64,000 nt of DNA from Macrostomum lignano (GCA_002269645.1 NIVC01002134.1:102146-166145), one strand, 5' to 3'. Counted from the first letter of the stretch, positions 1 to 14,300 are shown. Program-made: numbers and translations. The notes: a model not told the origin generated them from the letters alone.

Positions 1-414
1 TGTCAGTAACTGTGATATCTGAGGATCAGGGAAGGTGTCAGTAACTGTGATATTTGAGGATCAGGGAAGGTGTCAGTAACTGTGATACCTGAGGATCAGG
101 GAAGGTGTCAGTAACTGTGATACCTGAGGATCAGGGAAGGTGTCAGTAACTGTGATATTTGAGGATCAGGGAAGGTGTCAGTAACTGTGATATCTGAGGA
201 TCAGGGAAGGTGTCAGTAACTGTGATACCTGAGGATTAGGGAAGGTGTCAGTAACTGTGATATCTGAGGATCAGGGAAGGTGTCAGTAACTGTGATATCT
301 GAGGATCAGGGAAGGTGTCAGTAACTGTGATACCTGAGGATTAGGGAAGGTGTCAGTAACTGTGATATCTGAGGATCAGGGAAGGTGTCAGTAACTGTGA
401 TATCTGAGGATCAG
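1..414. repeat. 35-bp minisatellite in a Nup98 intron (continues off the left edge)
   Basis: About 12 near-identical copies of TGTCAGTAACTGTGATATCTGAGGATCAGGGAAGG, ending about 25 nt from the donor at 440. Confidence 0.97.
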
Positions 415-440
415 TTAGTATTTAAGCCAGTCACCCTTAC

Positions 441-3400
441 CTGCTGTTGCACCCTAGCCTGCTGCAACAGTGCCTCATCATGATTAGCGCTCAATCCGAT
501 AGACTGCGGAGCAGCGGCTTGAGCTGTCTGTCCAGGCAGAGCATAGGACTGCTGATGCAACTGGAACGGCTGATTAGGCATCATCAGTGACGAAGCCTGT
601 TGCTGACCAACTCCAGTTTGCAGGCCTGACTGAAACGGAGTCTGACCGAGCATCAAACCACCCGTGGTGCCGCCGCCAAGAGCGGATGGTTGACCAGCTG
701 AAGGCAAGCTGAAACCAAACGAGCCGCCAACTGAGGCTGCTGGAGCGCCGGCGGTGGCGCCGAAGGACAAGCCGGTGTTTGCTGATGGCTGGGTTGCACC
801 GAACAGCGGCTTAGCCTGAATTTTGTAATTCAGGTTAGAGAAATCATGTATAATCTTGGCGTTAGTCTATTGATATTAGTAGGATAGGGCACAGATACCA
901 GAATATCTAGATAGGCCACTCAGCACATTTGCGTGTAAGCTACTATCAGTTCAGTAGTAAGCTAAACTGAAGCATTTTAATTTACTTTAAATTAAAGACA
1001 AGGCCCAGCCCATTTATTGGCTCTAACCCCCCCCCCCCCAAGCTTGAACCCACAAACTCCACACAGAACCTCTAACCCAATTTTTATTACCTTCCTCGGT
1101 TGTTACAGCCTAAAATCTGTCTTGTACATTTTAGTGGCTAATGTACATACATTACGGCTAAACCAATTAGCAAGCTTTTTTAGTTAGTCTAGTAGCTGTG
1201 AGATAGGGTTAGAGTTTTGGTTAAGGTATAGCATTAGTTATAGGTTAAGCATAGGATTTAGATTTGTATTAGGATTTAGAATTCAGGATTTAGAAGTTTA
1301 GAATAAGGGTTTAGGTTAAGTTTAGGATAAGGCTTTCGGTTAGGTTTAGGATAAGGCTTTAGGTTAGGTTTAGGATAAGGCTTTAGGTTAGGTTTAGGAT
1401 AAGGCTTTAGGTTAGGTTTAGGATAAGGCTTTAGGTTAGGTTTAGGATAAGGCTTTAGGTTAGGTTTAGGATAAGGCTTTAGGTTAGGTTTAGGATAAGG
1501 CTTTCGGTTAGGTTTAGGATAGGGCTTTAGGTTAGGTTTAGGATAAGGCTTTAGGTTAGGTTTATGATAAGGCTTTAGGTTAGGTTTAGGATAGGGCTTT
1601 AGGTTAGGTTTAGGAGAGAAGAGGGGTTTAGGATAAGGGTTTAGGTTAGGTTGTTAAGTTTAAGGATAAGGCTTTAGGTTAGGTTTAGGAGAGAAGACGG
1701 GTTTAGGAAAAGGGTTTAGGTTAGGTTGTTAAGTTTAGGATAAGGCTTTAAGTTAGGTTGTTAGGTTTAGGATAGGGCTGTAGGTTAGGTTGTTAGGTTT
1801 AGGATAGGTTTAGGGGATTTGGTTAGGTTTAGAATAAGGGTTAGGTTTAGTTTAGGCCTTTGACAATAGAATGAATATAGAGGAACAACAATAAGAATGA
1901 CAAACCGGAACCACAGAAGTGAGGCACTAATAGCATCGCACAATAGAAACTCACCGCGCCGGCTCCAAAGCCGCCCGTAGCGCCGAAAAATCCGCCGCCG
2001 GCGCTTGACACCACAGTTCCAGCTGGCGCCGATGTTGCTGCCGACGGGGCGCCAAAAAACGACGTAGCGGCGCCGCCGGTAGCTGGCGTCGACCCGACCG
2101 AGGCGCCAAATGCGAACGGTTTCGTCGCATTAGCCGCGCCAGCAGAGTTGCCACCGCCAAACAAGCCGCCGCCAGTGGCGCCGGCGCTAAATCCAAACGC
2201 CGATCCTGTCGCAGTGGCGCCAGGCGCCGCCGCAGTAGATGTCGATATTCCGGCGCCGAAAGCAAACGGGCTTGGCTTAGCGCCGGCGTTAGCACCGGCG
2301 CCGCCGAAAAGTCCACCCGTGGTGGCGCCAGACGCGGCTCCGGCGCTTCCGCCAAACAGAGAAGTGGCGCCAGGCGCGGCGGCGCCAGCAACCGAAGCCG
2401 GCTGGCTAGCGGGGGCGCCGAACATAAATCCGGTAGGCTTGACGCCGCCAGCCGTAGCCGCGCCGGCGCCGCCGCCAAACAGACCACCGGCGCCGGCTGT
2501 AGAAGTGGCGCCGCCAGTGGACGCGCCGAATCCAAATAGGCTGCTGCCTGTTCCGGCGCCGCTAGCGGCTACGCTGCCGAAGGTTGGCACGCCAGCCGTG
2601 GCGGCGCCAAATGGCTTAGCAGCCGTTGAAGTGGCGCCGGCGCCGCCAAAGAGGCCGCCGCCGCCAGTTGTAGCGCCAGCAGAGGCGCCAGCGCCAAACA
2701 GGCCGCCGCCAGCTGCCGGAGGGGCGCCAGCACCCGCGCCGGTGGAGGCTCCGGCGCCAAACATGCCAACGCCGGCGCTGGAGGCGCCAGACTGCGGCGC
2801 GCGCCGACCAGCTTGATAATCTTCAAGGCGCAGCTCCTCCAGACTACCGGCTTGATACTCTTTCATGGCCGTGATCACCATGTGCTTGGTGTTCACCGTC
2901 TGCTGGGCACCGCCCTTGGCCTGCAAGGTTAGATGAGCGATTATTGATGCAATAATTGACTAGGATTAACTTCTGGCTGCATTTCAGTGATAAAAAGGCC
3001 TTTGTTTATTGTCATTTCCACCAAAATTGTAAATCATTGATACCGCATTCACGCTAATCCTAAACTGCTTTCTTACTAATCCTAAACTGCATTCACACAA
3101 ATCCTAAACCGCATTCACACCAATCCTAAACTGCTTTTTCACTAATCCTAAGTCACATTCACACCAATCCTAAACCTCATTCACACTAATCTTAAACTGC
3201 ATTCACACTAATCCTAAGTCACATTCACACCAATCCTAAACTGCTTTTTCACTAATCCTAAGTCACTTTCACACTAATCCTCAACCGCATACACACTAAT
3301 CATCAACCGCATTCACACTAATCCTAAACCGCATTCACACTAATCCTAAACCGCATTCACACTAATCCTAAACCGCATTCACACTAATCCTCAACCGCAT

Positions 3401-4226
3401 TCACACTAATCTTTAACTGCATTCACACTAATCCTCAACCGCATTCACACTAATCCTCAACCGCATTCACACTAATCCTCAACCGCATTCACACTAATCC
3501 TCAACCGCATTCACACTAATCCTAAATTACATACACACTAATCCTAAACCGCATTCACACTAATCCTAAATCACATACACATTAATCATCAACCGCATTC
3601 ACACTAATCCTAAACCGCATTCACACTAATTCTAAATCACACACACTAATCCTAAACCGCATTCACACTAATTCTAAATCACACACACACTAATCCTAAA
3701 CCGCATTCACACTAATCCTCAACCGCATTCACACTAATCCTCAACCGCATTCACACTAATCAACAGCAGCAGTCACACAATCACAACAGAGCACAGTGAG
3801 CGGCATATACCTGAGTGGAGCTCTCAGTCCCTATTGGCGGATTAAAGGCCGGCCTGTTACCAGCCGACATGCCGCCAAGACCGCCAACTGTGGCGCCGCC
3901 GGCGGCGCCAAAACCACCAGAGGCGCCAAACAGGCCGGCGCCGCCACCGCCACCAGCAACTGTACCAGTTCCAACGCCGCCAAAGGCTGAACCAGTAGCA
4001 GCAGAAACACCAGCAGTTGGTTGCACACCCACACCAACTGTAGGCTGCTGCATCATGCCAAATGTACCAGTGGCACCAGTAGGCCGAGCAGCGGCGCCAA
4101 AAAGGCCAGTGGTGCCAGTTCCAGTGGCGCCAGCCGAAGGGCTGCCAAAAAGGCCGCCCCCAGTGCCAGCGGCTGGGGTTCCGACTGTTGGAGTTGTAGG
4201 TTTGCCAAATGGATTGCTGCCGAACA
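441..4226 (-). CDS. NUP98: Nucleoporin Nup98, N-terminal FG/GLFG region with GLEBS motif (partial; gene continues left of the window)
   Basis: Exons 4226-3811, 2920-1955 and 815-441 have GT-AG boundaries and join in phase 0. The spliced sequence FNPPIGTESSTQ|AKGGAQQTVNTKHMVITAMKEYQAGSLEELRLEDYQAGR matches the Nup98 GLEBS (Rae1-binding) motif. Many GLFG/FG repeats. The first coding base lies upstream (exon 4226 starts TG after an AG acceptor). Confidence 0.93.
1305..1850. repeat. 24-bp TTAGG-rich minisatellite in a Nup98 intron
   Basis: Unit TAAGGCTTTAGGTTAGGTTTAGGA, degenerate at both ends. Confidence 0.93.
3040..3765. repeat. 22-bp minisatellite in a Nup98 intron
   Basis: Unit CACTAATCCTAAACCGCATTCA, about 30 copies. 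Confidence 0.94.
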
Positions 4227-4669
4227 CTACAATTGGTTGTTTAGTTTTAGTTGTTTAAGTTAGTTTGCTTTGTCAGTGTGTTGCGTGAGCATACTACATA
4301 AGTCATGATTCATGAATATTTAGAAGTAAAAGTGAAATGAATACAGTGTGATACAATTCACAATGTATTCACCTATAGCTCAAGAATAATTCCATTTACT
4401 AGATGATTGAACATGGAATTTGAGAACCCTGATTCAAATGGATCATTAGTTGCAGAATATGAATCCAGTAGAGATATTAGCTATTAAAACCTGCAGATTT
4501 TCAATTTTTTAAAGCAAAACCCTAAATTCCAATTAATAGAACTATCTTTGCATTGCTTTTTTTAATTTGAAGTCATGCTCAAACAAAAACTTGTTAACAG
4601 TTAGGAAAAAGGCTAACAAAGATGGGAGCAAATACATGTTAAATTAAGATTTGAGGCTTTTGCAACTTT

Positions 4670-5306
4670 TCTCCTCTCTTCAACCTTTTCATCGCCTCCT
4701 ATATTTATTTTCTTTCATCCCTCATACCTCCTCTCTCCTTTCCTTTCTCTTCTTTTAACATTCTTATCTCTCCTATCATCTCTCTCCAGTCTACTCTTTC
4801 ATCTTATCTCTCTTCTCTAATCTTTCCTTTTATCTCTTATCTATTTTCTCCTCTCCTTCCTTCTCTTGTCTCCTTTTTCCTCTCTCTTCTCTTTTCTGAT
4901 CTCATCTATTATCTCTCTCATGAGAGAGATGAATCTCTCTCCTCACCTAGCTTTTCTCTCTTCTTTTATCTTTTCTCCGATTGCATTGCTTACCTCTGTT
5001 TGCTTATCTCTAATTGATTCTTTTATCCCCTCTGCTTTGAAGTAAGAAAGTTTGCCTACATTTTTGCTAAAGATAAGAGGAGAAAAGAGGGCATTGAGGA
5101 AAAAGGGTAGAGAGAAAAAGGGAGAAAGGAGGGAGGAGAAAAGAGGAGAGAAAAAAGGAGAGAAGAGAGGAGGAAAAAGGGAGAAAAAGAAAAGGGAAGG
5201 TTAGGAAGAGAGAGAGAAGAGAGTTAAAGAGACCAACCTAGAGAGAGAGAAGAGCCCTTCTAGGCCAGATAGAGGGGCTTTACAAGCTAGAGTTTGCCAA
5301 CCCTTG
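4670..5306. repeat. CT-rich then GA-rich low-complexity tract ending in a hAT-like TIR
   Basis: Pyrimidine tract about 4670-5000, purine tract about 5080-5260. GTTTGCCAACCCTTG at 5292-5306 is the reverse complement of the TIR type seen at 61746. Confidence 0.55.
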
Positions 5307-5439
5307 CTTCAGAGTTTGAGAAATCAATGGGAAACTGTTGGGATAGGCTGTTGATTTCAAAGATCTTGTCTGTAATTGAAGGCTTCTATTCTAGGTTTGC
5401 TCTCTTGCTATACTTGCATCTACTATCCTGATTGCCTCT

Positions 5440-6200
5440 AATTGCGACTTAGTTGCTCCTTTTATGACTTTACCTAACTAATCATTTTGCAATTTATTTA
5501 ATTATTTTGCAACTTACCTAATCATTTTTGTGACTTAGTTGCTCTTTTTGCAACTTATCTAATCATTTGTACTGCTTAATTTGCTTTAGTTGCAACTTGT
5601 TTTTCTTTTGCTTTATTATTTTATTTCCCTACACTGCACTTTTTTCTTTTTTTCTTGCCTTTCTTTCCTTTTTTGTTTTTGGCATTTTTCATTTTTGGTT
5701 AACTCAACTTTGCAACTTACCCTAGTCCACTACAATTTATAGTGGCTAGATCGGCCATGTCTGCCAGCAGTTGCGCATGTATGGCGGAAGAAATATTAAC
5801 ATTAGTTACTTGCTATCTGATAGATACTTGCTATCTAGGAGTAGGAGATATTGCTATTGTATCTAGAGGTTGGTGCTTACTATTAAGGGATGCTTACTCT
5901 CAAAGGAGAAGGGTATACTTGCTATATATATATATAGGATTCTTTTTATCTAAGGATTCTTGCTATCTGCAATTATAGGATACTTGCTATTTGCAATTAT
6001 AGGATATTTGCTATCTAAGGGATACTTGCTGTCTAGATAATGCTTGCTATCTAGGAGATACTTGCTATCTAAGTAAATACTTGTTATCTAGATAGATGCT
6101 TATTATCTAGATGGATGCTTGTTATCTAAAGAGATATTTGTTATTTATTTCTAAAAAAATATCTCTTAGAAATAAAGAAATATTTCTAAGAGGATGCTAG
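5440..6200. repeat. Two degenerate minisatellites
   Basis: GCAACTTACCTAATCATTT-like units at about 5440-5720 and ATACTTGCTATCTAG-like units at about 5790-6200. Confidence 0.7.
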
Positions 6201-8308
6201 CTATCTTAGGCCTAAGTTAGGGACAATTTCTATTTAAGAAAAAGAATGTCTATTATCTTTATGAAACTTTTTTATTTTTTTTTTATTAATTTTACAAAAA
6301 GAGATTCATAGTAAATATCTTCATCCATGATAGTTGTACTCAAATAAGATGATTTGTAAAACAAAAGAATTAGTTTTTTAATGTGCTTTTTTAATTGTTT
6401 TCCATGGATAATTTTTGCTCCTTGGCCTTACTTATTATGTGCCCTGAAGGAAGCACTAGATTGCTAAGTTTAGAACTAAACTAGGCCTATTGGAGTATTG
6501 AAATTGAAATGGATTTTTAAAAAGAAAAAGTAAAAAAAACATTTTAATTAATATAATTTTAATCATAACATAAGCCGATAAGGCTAAGGGTAGGGACTTC
6601 AGTGAGATTTTAAAAGTTTTTTTTGTTTTTTTTGCATCATTTTCAACTTTCAAAATCTCACTAAAGTTCCTACTAAGCTAATATTTTAGGGCAATATTCA
6701 TCCTTATAGTTACTCTATCCTATAGTATATTGACTTGGATATAAATATAAAACATTTTTATTTTTATGGCAAAAATTAAAGAAATCATATTAAAAGACAT
6801 TAAGACAGTTACTTACTTTTTAGATTTTTTGTAGCACTTGGGTCTTGTTCACTTGGAAAGTTAGGTATTCTTTAAAATTCACTATTAATTATCTATTAAT
6901 GTTTGTTAATAGTCAAAGACTTCTGTAGCAATTAATTTTCTCTTAACTCAAATTAACTATAACAATTATATGCTAGGGCATATGGCTTCTACGACTACAG
7001 TTCTACCTAAGTAGGTGTAGGTTCAATTTATCGGACTCTATAACTTAATTATCAAAAAATGAATTCGAATTTGTTTAATTACAGAGCTGGCTTTCCAAAC
7101 ACAAAGTCAGTTTTAGCAGGCCTTCAGAAAGAAAATGAAAACTTTATTTTAATTGCTTATATCTTTATAACTTACTAGTTATCAAAACTATGAGCACTTA
7201 GTCATTTAGTTTATGCTTTGAATTAAGCGCTACACTGTTATTAAACCGCAATTATAAGTATCTCAGGTTGTACTGTACTAAAGCTGTTTTTAGCTGTGCA
7301 TTTGCTTATTACGTTATTTACCCTTGATTACAAATTACAATGCAGAGGAAGAAAAAATATTTTTAATCTAGATGTCATTCAGATTGCGAAATCAAAAAAT
7401 TCACTATATAATAGAAAGTTAAAATATGCAAGCAGAATAACAACATATTTTTTTATTATTTGTACTTACTGCAAACAGAATACCGATAAAAATAATTTTT
7501 GTTAAAAAAATACAAATTAAAAGTGTAAAAGGGTAATTTATTCTACTTTTTATCACCGCTTTGCGTCGCAAGTTTTTTGAAATGGCTTAATATCTAAAAA
7601 TAGTTCACGACTCTTTTTCAATTTAAAACTTTAATAAATCTTCTGCGACGCTATGGACCGACCAAAAAAATGTCATCTATCTTTGTATAATTTTCTCATG
7701 TTTTTTATTGCACCTGGTGTGTTTTTATCTAGCCATTACTTTTAGTAGACTCTTTCATTTACCATATGAATAAGCAAGAGGACTCTATATATTTCTGTAT
7801 TTGGAAATTTGGATTGGATCTGGATGGAGTGTCAGTACTCTGTAGTCAGTACCAGTCAGTAGCAATCAATTTTGACTCAGGTCTCTTTTTTCAATATGCA
7901 CTCTTAGCATTATAGCATAATCTATTTATAAGCAGATAATATGCTGTATACTTGTAACACTTGCAGAATAATAGTAGGTAAGTAGGAGAGTCTCATTCCA
8001 CTTAGGCAAAGCTCCGCATTCCAAATTATATTAATAATCAAGTTGGCAGCAGTGGTCTGTCACAATATATTTATATTAGAAGACATTTTCCTAGCTTAAA
8101 ACAAATTATAATAATAATATAGAATATTTATTATGATACTATTGTTCCATTTTTTGAAAATCTTATAGCTAAATTTATTTATCATTTATTATCAATGCAA
8201 TTATATAGGATTACTAAACTTTTATTTGCATGAAATCAGATTAAAAATACAAACTTGAGCCAATTCAAGGCACTTTCCAAGTTTACCCTTTGAAATCCTT
8301 CAACTGGC

Positions 8309-11300
8309 ATGTCTAGTGAAGATGCCTCATTTGAACAGTAAGTTCAACTGCTTTTTCTATTGTTTTGGTATTTAGAACAAAAACTTTATCAGAGTAACTA
8401 TAAACTGATTTTAAATTATTAAAAAAACAGAAATCCACTCCGAGAGCTGCTGTCTTTGCTTGAAAAGTCGCTGCCTCTGCCAGTCACAGCAGCACCAACA
8501 GCTCAGCAGCAGCAATTAGAGAAGCAGCAACAAAGTCTCCGGGATCAGCGCAGGTCAAGCCAATCAGCCAAGCCAGTCCCAGACAGCCCCTGGCCCCTGG
8601 CCAGCCCTAGGGCCAGCGCCCACGATCAGCAAGAAGCCGAGCTGTGGCACCTGTTCTGTCAGTCGCATCGAAATGAACGCCGTTTTGGTGCATCAAATCA
8701 CGGGGCCAACAAACTGCTGGATTTGCTGTTGGCCAGGAGAGTCAAATCGGATTTGTGGATGTCCAGCGCACAGCCAGACACTTTGCTAGGCCTCCTAGGA
8801 GCTTTGAGAATTCTACTTCGCGATCGGTTTATGCAGCGTCGTTGCCTTGACGACGTTGAAGCTTTGGAATGCTTAGCCAGGGCATTGAAATTGGCCTCTG
8901 AAAGTTACCTTATCCACGGCGACACACCGCACATGCTGGACATTGTCAGAGAATTGTGCAACGTCTTTCAAAAGCTGATCACTTGTTCTGTCGCATCTGG
9001 TTCTGGCAATTCCGGCAATAGTGCCAATTCTGGGAAAGATATTTTCCTCAAACTGCAGGTAGGTTAATGCTAATTTTATAGAGCATCAAAATTCGTTAGT
9101 GTGAATGAGTAAATGAGTCAGTAATCCGTTAATTTTGTGTCAATTATAACTGTTCTGTGTCAAGAGACTGTAACACACCGTTAATGATGTGTCAAGAGAC
9201 TGTAACACACCGTTAATGATGTGTCAGAGACTGCAACACACCGTTAAATGATGTGTCAAGAGACTGTAACACACCGTTAATGATGTGTCAAGAGACTGTA
9301 ACACACCGTTAATTATGTGTCAAGAGACTGCAACACACCGTTAATTATGTGTCAGAGACTGTAACACACCGTTAAATGATGTGTCAAGAGACTGTAACAC
9401 ACCGTTAATGATGTGTCAGAGACTGTAACACACCGTTAATTATGTGTCAGAGACTGTAACACACCGTTAATTATGTGTCAAGAGACTGTAACACACCGTT
9501 AATGATGTGTCAAGAGACTGTAACACACCGTTAATGATGTGTCAGAGACTGTAACACACCGTTAATGATGTGTCAAGAGACTGTAACACACCGTTAATTA
9601 TGTGTCAAGAGACTGTAACACACCGTTAATTATGTGTCAAGAGACTGTAACACACCGTTAATGATGTGTCAAGAGACTGCAACACACCGTTAAATGATGT
9701 GTCAGAGACTGTAACACACCGTTAAATGATGTGTCAAGAGACTGTAACACACCGTTAATGATGTGTCAGAGACTGTAACACACCGTTAATTATGTGTCAG
9801 AGACTGTAACACACCGTTAAATATGTGTCAAGAGACTGTAACACACCGTTAATGATGTGTCAGAGACTGTAATTCACTATTAAATGATGTGTCAAGAAAC
9901 TATAACACACCATTAAATTGTCAGAGACTGTAATATATTTTGAATGATTTGTCAAAGACTGTAGCACATCGTTAAATGACATGTCAGACACTGTAATACA
10001 CCGTTGAATGATGTGTCAGAGACTAACACACTGGTGAATGTGTCAGTGACTGTAACGCTCTGTTTAATGCTGTCAGAGACTGTAACACACCGTTAAATTA
10101 TGCATCAGAGACTGTAACAAACTTTTAAATGATGTCAGGAAGAATTAGCGATAAGTAAAATATATAAAAGAATCTGTTAATAAACAAAAACATTTTCATT
10201 CACATTTTAAAAAAATCTGTCAAGGTCCATGTCTCCCTTGTGCACCTGCTATCGGCGAACGACTCTGCCACTCTCCAGTGCTCTCTGCACGCTCTGGCAT
10301 CGTTAGCTCAACAGGAGTCGCCGCGTCAGCTGCTTCGGAGCTCCAGCAGCGGCGTCGGCGGCGTGAAGCCGGAGTCTCTCACGGAGCAGCTCCTGGCCAT
10401 TGCTGAGCGCTACGATTCACAGTCGAAACGTTTAGCAGCAAATCTGCTGCGTTTGCTTTTGTCAGACGCTTCAATTCGATCGGCAGTGTCTGAGCTAGAC
10501 GGCATCGCTCTGCTGGTTAACCTAGCTGGATCTGAGGATGTTAAATTGGCTTGGAATGCTCTGTGGTGCCTCATACAACTGGCTGAAGATGCCGGGGTGA
10601 GGTGCGAAGTTCGAGCCCTAGGCGGAGTGCCGCTCATTCTAGCTCTGCTAGTGCCAAATGAAGACGATTCAGAAGATGGAGTTAGCGAGGATCAGGTAGG
10701 GTTCGGGGCCTTTAGGAGTGGGGATATTTTCATTTTTTGGGTGTAATCCTGTTCCCCAGCTTCCACCTTAGTACGTAAAGGTTAAAAATCCTGAGTCTTG
10801 ACTCTAAGAATCCTAACCCATAATTTAAGAATCCCAATCCCTATTTTAAGAAATCGAATCTTTAATCTAAGTATACCATAATTCAAAGACTCCGAATCCC
10901 AAACCTGAGAATTTCAACCCTAATTCTAAGAATCCGAATCCCCAATCTGAGAATTCTAACCCTAATTCTAAGAATCCGAATCCCAAATCTGGGAATTCCA
11001 ACCCTAATTCTTAGAATCCGAATCCCAAATCTGAGAATTCCAACCCCTAATTCTAAGAATCCGAATCCCCAATCTGAGAATTCCAACCCTAATTCTAAGA
11101 ATCCGAATCCCAAATCTGAGAATTCCAACCCCTAATTCTAAGAATCCAAATCCCCAATCTGAGAGTCAGGAATCTCGATCTCAGTTACTTTTCTTAGCTA
11201 AAATTTCAATTATTACTTAATGAATAAAGTCCCAGTAATTCATTTTCCCCAACAGGCTCAATTAACTCTAAACGTCCGTTCAGCAGCGTGCTGCGCCCTC

Positions 11301-14300
11301 ACCGAGCTACTCATAGATGATAGAAACTCATTTTTAATCGCTCAAAACAACGGCGTTTATCTACTGGGTAGATTGCTACTCCCAGCTTCTTCTATTGCTT
11401 CATCAAACTCATCGTCTTCATCAGCGGCTAGCGAAGGCAGCCAACGTATAGCTGAGGCGGTGAACACTTTGAGAAAGAATTCTTGTCGAGCTCTGCGATT
11501 TCTATTCAGCTTGGAGCGGAATAGGAGAGCGGTGAAGAAGCTGCTGCCTACGGGCCTGTTGGCTGCCTTCATTGATATTGGCCACTACAATAGGGATTTG
11601 AGCGCCTACGCTAGCGTTGTGGCCGCTATCGATCGGGTGAGGCTATTTCTGTGCCTATGTGTTTTTAGTAGGTTTTTTACTAGTTCGTGGGTTGGCCCTC
11701 GTGGCTGTGAATCGAACGACAACCTAGCTTTTTTTACCTACGCTTTTACCAACGCAGTTGTAGTTGTTCGCTGCTAGGGGGTTGGTTGGCAAATTTTTTT
11801 ACCTGAAGGGCCCAGCTGGAACATGGAAAATCTAGCGCATGGCTGCGGGCGAGAGGAGAGGAGAGATTAGATGGAATAGAGGAGGAAGGAAGGAGAGAGC
11901 TGAGAAGAGACACAAACCTTGTGCTATTGCTATTGGGAAGTTTCAAAGCACCCAAGGGACGGATTCAAAGCTCTAGTGATATGCCTTATCTTGTTCGCTG
12001 GATGGATGCCTTATCAGTTTACCATTCTGACTACATCTATATCAAGCTCAAAACTTTGCATGCTCCACAACCGCCCCCCCCCCCCCCGCCTAGGACGAGG
12101 AGCTGGCTCAGGAGCTGCGCACGAATCTGGAGTCTGTCAATCAGAATCGCGAAGCCAACCAGCACATCAAAGACTACGCCGTGTTGGAGATTCTCGGCAG
12201 CGGAGCATTTGGTACAGTTTATAAAGTGCGCAAACAAGACACAATGTACGCTATAAAAGAGTTGAACACTGGCGGTCTCGGTCGCAACGCCAACGAACGA
12301 CAGAAAAATGTCGGTTACATTGTCAGCGAACTGACCATGGCCAAGGAGCATCTTAGACATCCTAATGTTGTGCGCTATTATAAAACTTTTGAAGAAAGTA
12401 AGTTGTCGTTTTCAACCTTTCTTTATCATACAAGTCTGGTGAAATTTATATAATAAATATAAATCTAATCTTGTTGTTTGTTTAAACTCTCTTACTAATA
12501 CAATAATAATGCAACACATTTTTACCTACGAGGAATCAGTACCTGTTGAGAAAATGTTACCGTGACAAGAATCACTCTAAAGAGTCATTAATAACAACTC
12601 ACTAGTGACTCTAGCGAAGGGGCGACTCTTGTGACTTTTTAACGACTTAAACGACTGAACTCTCATGCGACGGTGAGACGACTGTTGAGTCACGAGCGCA
12701 ACATGTTGAGTTGCAGAATCGTTAAAGTGTCGCAAAAAAGTCGTCCAAAGTTGTTGTGTTGGCGCTTAAATTTTTACTAACTCAAGTAGACTAAATCGAA
12801 AAGGACAGAAGCCTCTATCCAGCCCTCAGGTAGCTTTGAAACTTCACAATAGCAATAAACTCTAAACTTAATTCAATTATTTAATTTCCAGACGACAAAC
12901 TTTACATCGTTATGGAACTCATTGAAGGCGCTTCCCTAATGGAATTCTTTGTATCAATGCGCGAGAAAGGTCTGAAATTTGAGGAGGATCGAGTTTGGTT
13001 TATATTTGTACAGATTGTGCTGGCGCTGCGGTACCTGCATAAGGAGAAGGATATTGTGCACAGGTGCGTTTAAATCGGCTGACTTTTTACAATGCTTCAA
13101 TATTTGGCTGGGAATTATGTTCGATATATCACTGGCGCTAAAGTCCCTGGTGCTAAAGCCCCTGGTGCCAAAGTCCCTGGTGCTAAAGCCCCTGGTGCTA
13201 AAGCCCCTGGTGCTAAAGCCCCTGGTGCCAAAGTTCCTGGTGCTAAAGCCCCTGGTGCTAAAGCCCCTGGTGCCAAAGTTCCTGGTGCTAAAGCCCCTGG
13301 TGCCGAAGCCAAAGCCCTGGTTCTGGCTACGACTTCGTCTGTAAACTACAATAATATTTAAATACTGCAGTAAAGAGATTCAAATTTATGCATTAACCAT
13401 TGCAACCATTGCAGAGACTTGTCCCCGAATAACATCATGCTTGGCGAAGACGACCACGTCACTATCACAGACTTTGGCTTGGCCAAACAGAAACGCAAAG
13501 ATTGCAGCAAAATGATTTCAGTTGTTGGCACAATGGTCTATGCCTGTCCCGAGATAGTCCAGAGTCAACCCTACGGAGAGAAGGCAGACATTTGGTCAAT
13601 CGGATGCGTTCTGTACCACATGGCTGCTCTGAAAGCTCCCTTCGATTCGAGCAATATGCTCAACCTGGCAACTAGGATTGTTGAGGGTAGTTACGATCCG
13701 ACTCCGTTGCAAAATCATTTTTCTAAACAGGTGAGTATGAGTTTTAGTTGGGGGAATTAGGAATCTGGGAATGAAGTCTTGGCTGGGGGAATTTGGAATC
13801 TGGGAATGAAGTCTTGGTTGGGGAATTAGGAATCTGGGAATGAAGTTTTGGCTGGGGGAATTAGGAATCTGGGAATGAAGTCTTGGCTGGGGGAATTAGG
13901 AATCTGGGAATGAAGTCTTGGTTGGGGGGAATTAGGAATCTGGGAATGAAGTCTTGGTTGGGGGGAATTAGGAATCTGGGAATGAAGTCTTGGCTGGGGG
14001 GGAATTAGGAATCTGGGAATGAACTCTTGGCTGGGGGAATTAGGAATCTGGGAATGAAGTCTTGGCTGGGGGGGAATTAGGAATCTGGGAATGAACTCTT
14101 GGCTGGGGGAATTAGGAATCTGGGAATGAAGTCTTGGCTGGGGGAATTAGGAATCTGGGAATGAAGTATTGGTTGGGGGGAATTAGGAATCTGGGAATGA
14201 AGTCTTGGTTGGGGAATTAGGAATCTGGGAATGAAGTTTTGGCTGGGGGAATTAGGAATCTGGGAATGAAGTCTTGGCTGGGGGAATTAGGAATCTGGGA

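Noticed and set aside
1305-1850. True telomere or chromosome-fusion site
   Set aside because: It is a 24-bp unit rather than a pure hexamer array, has no head-to-head inversion, and lies inside an intron.
1951-4263. Pro/Ala-rich ORFs 2148-2816, 3815-4258 and 1951-2535
   Set aside because: They are antisense or shifted-frame shadows of the GC-rich Nup98 FG exons.
13092-13361. (GAKAP)n and (LVLKP)n ORFs here and at 32037-32491 as elastomeric proteins
   Set aside because: They are translations of a 15-bp intronic minisatellite, with no splice or start context.
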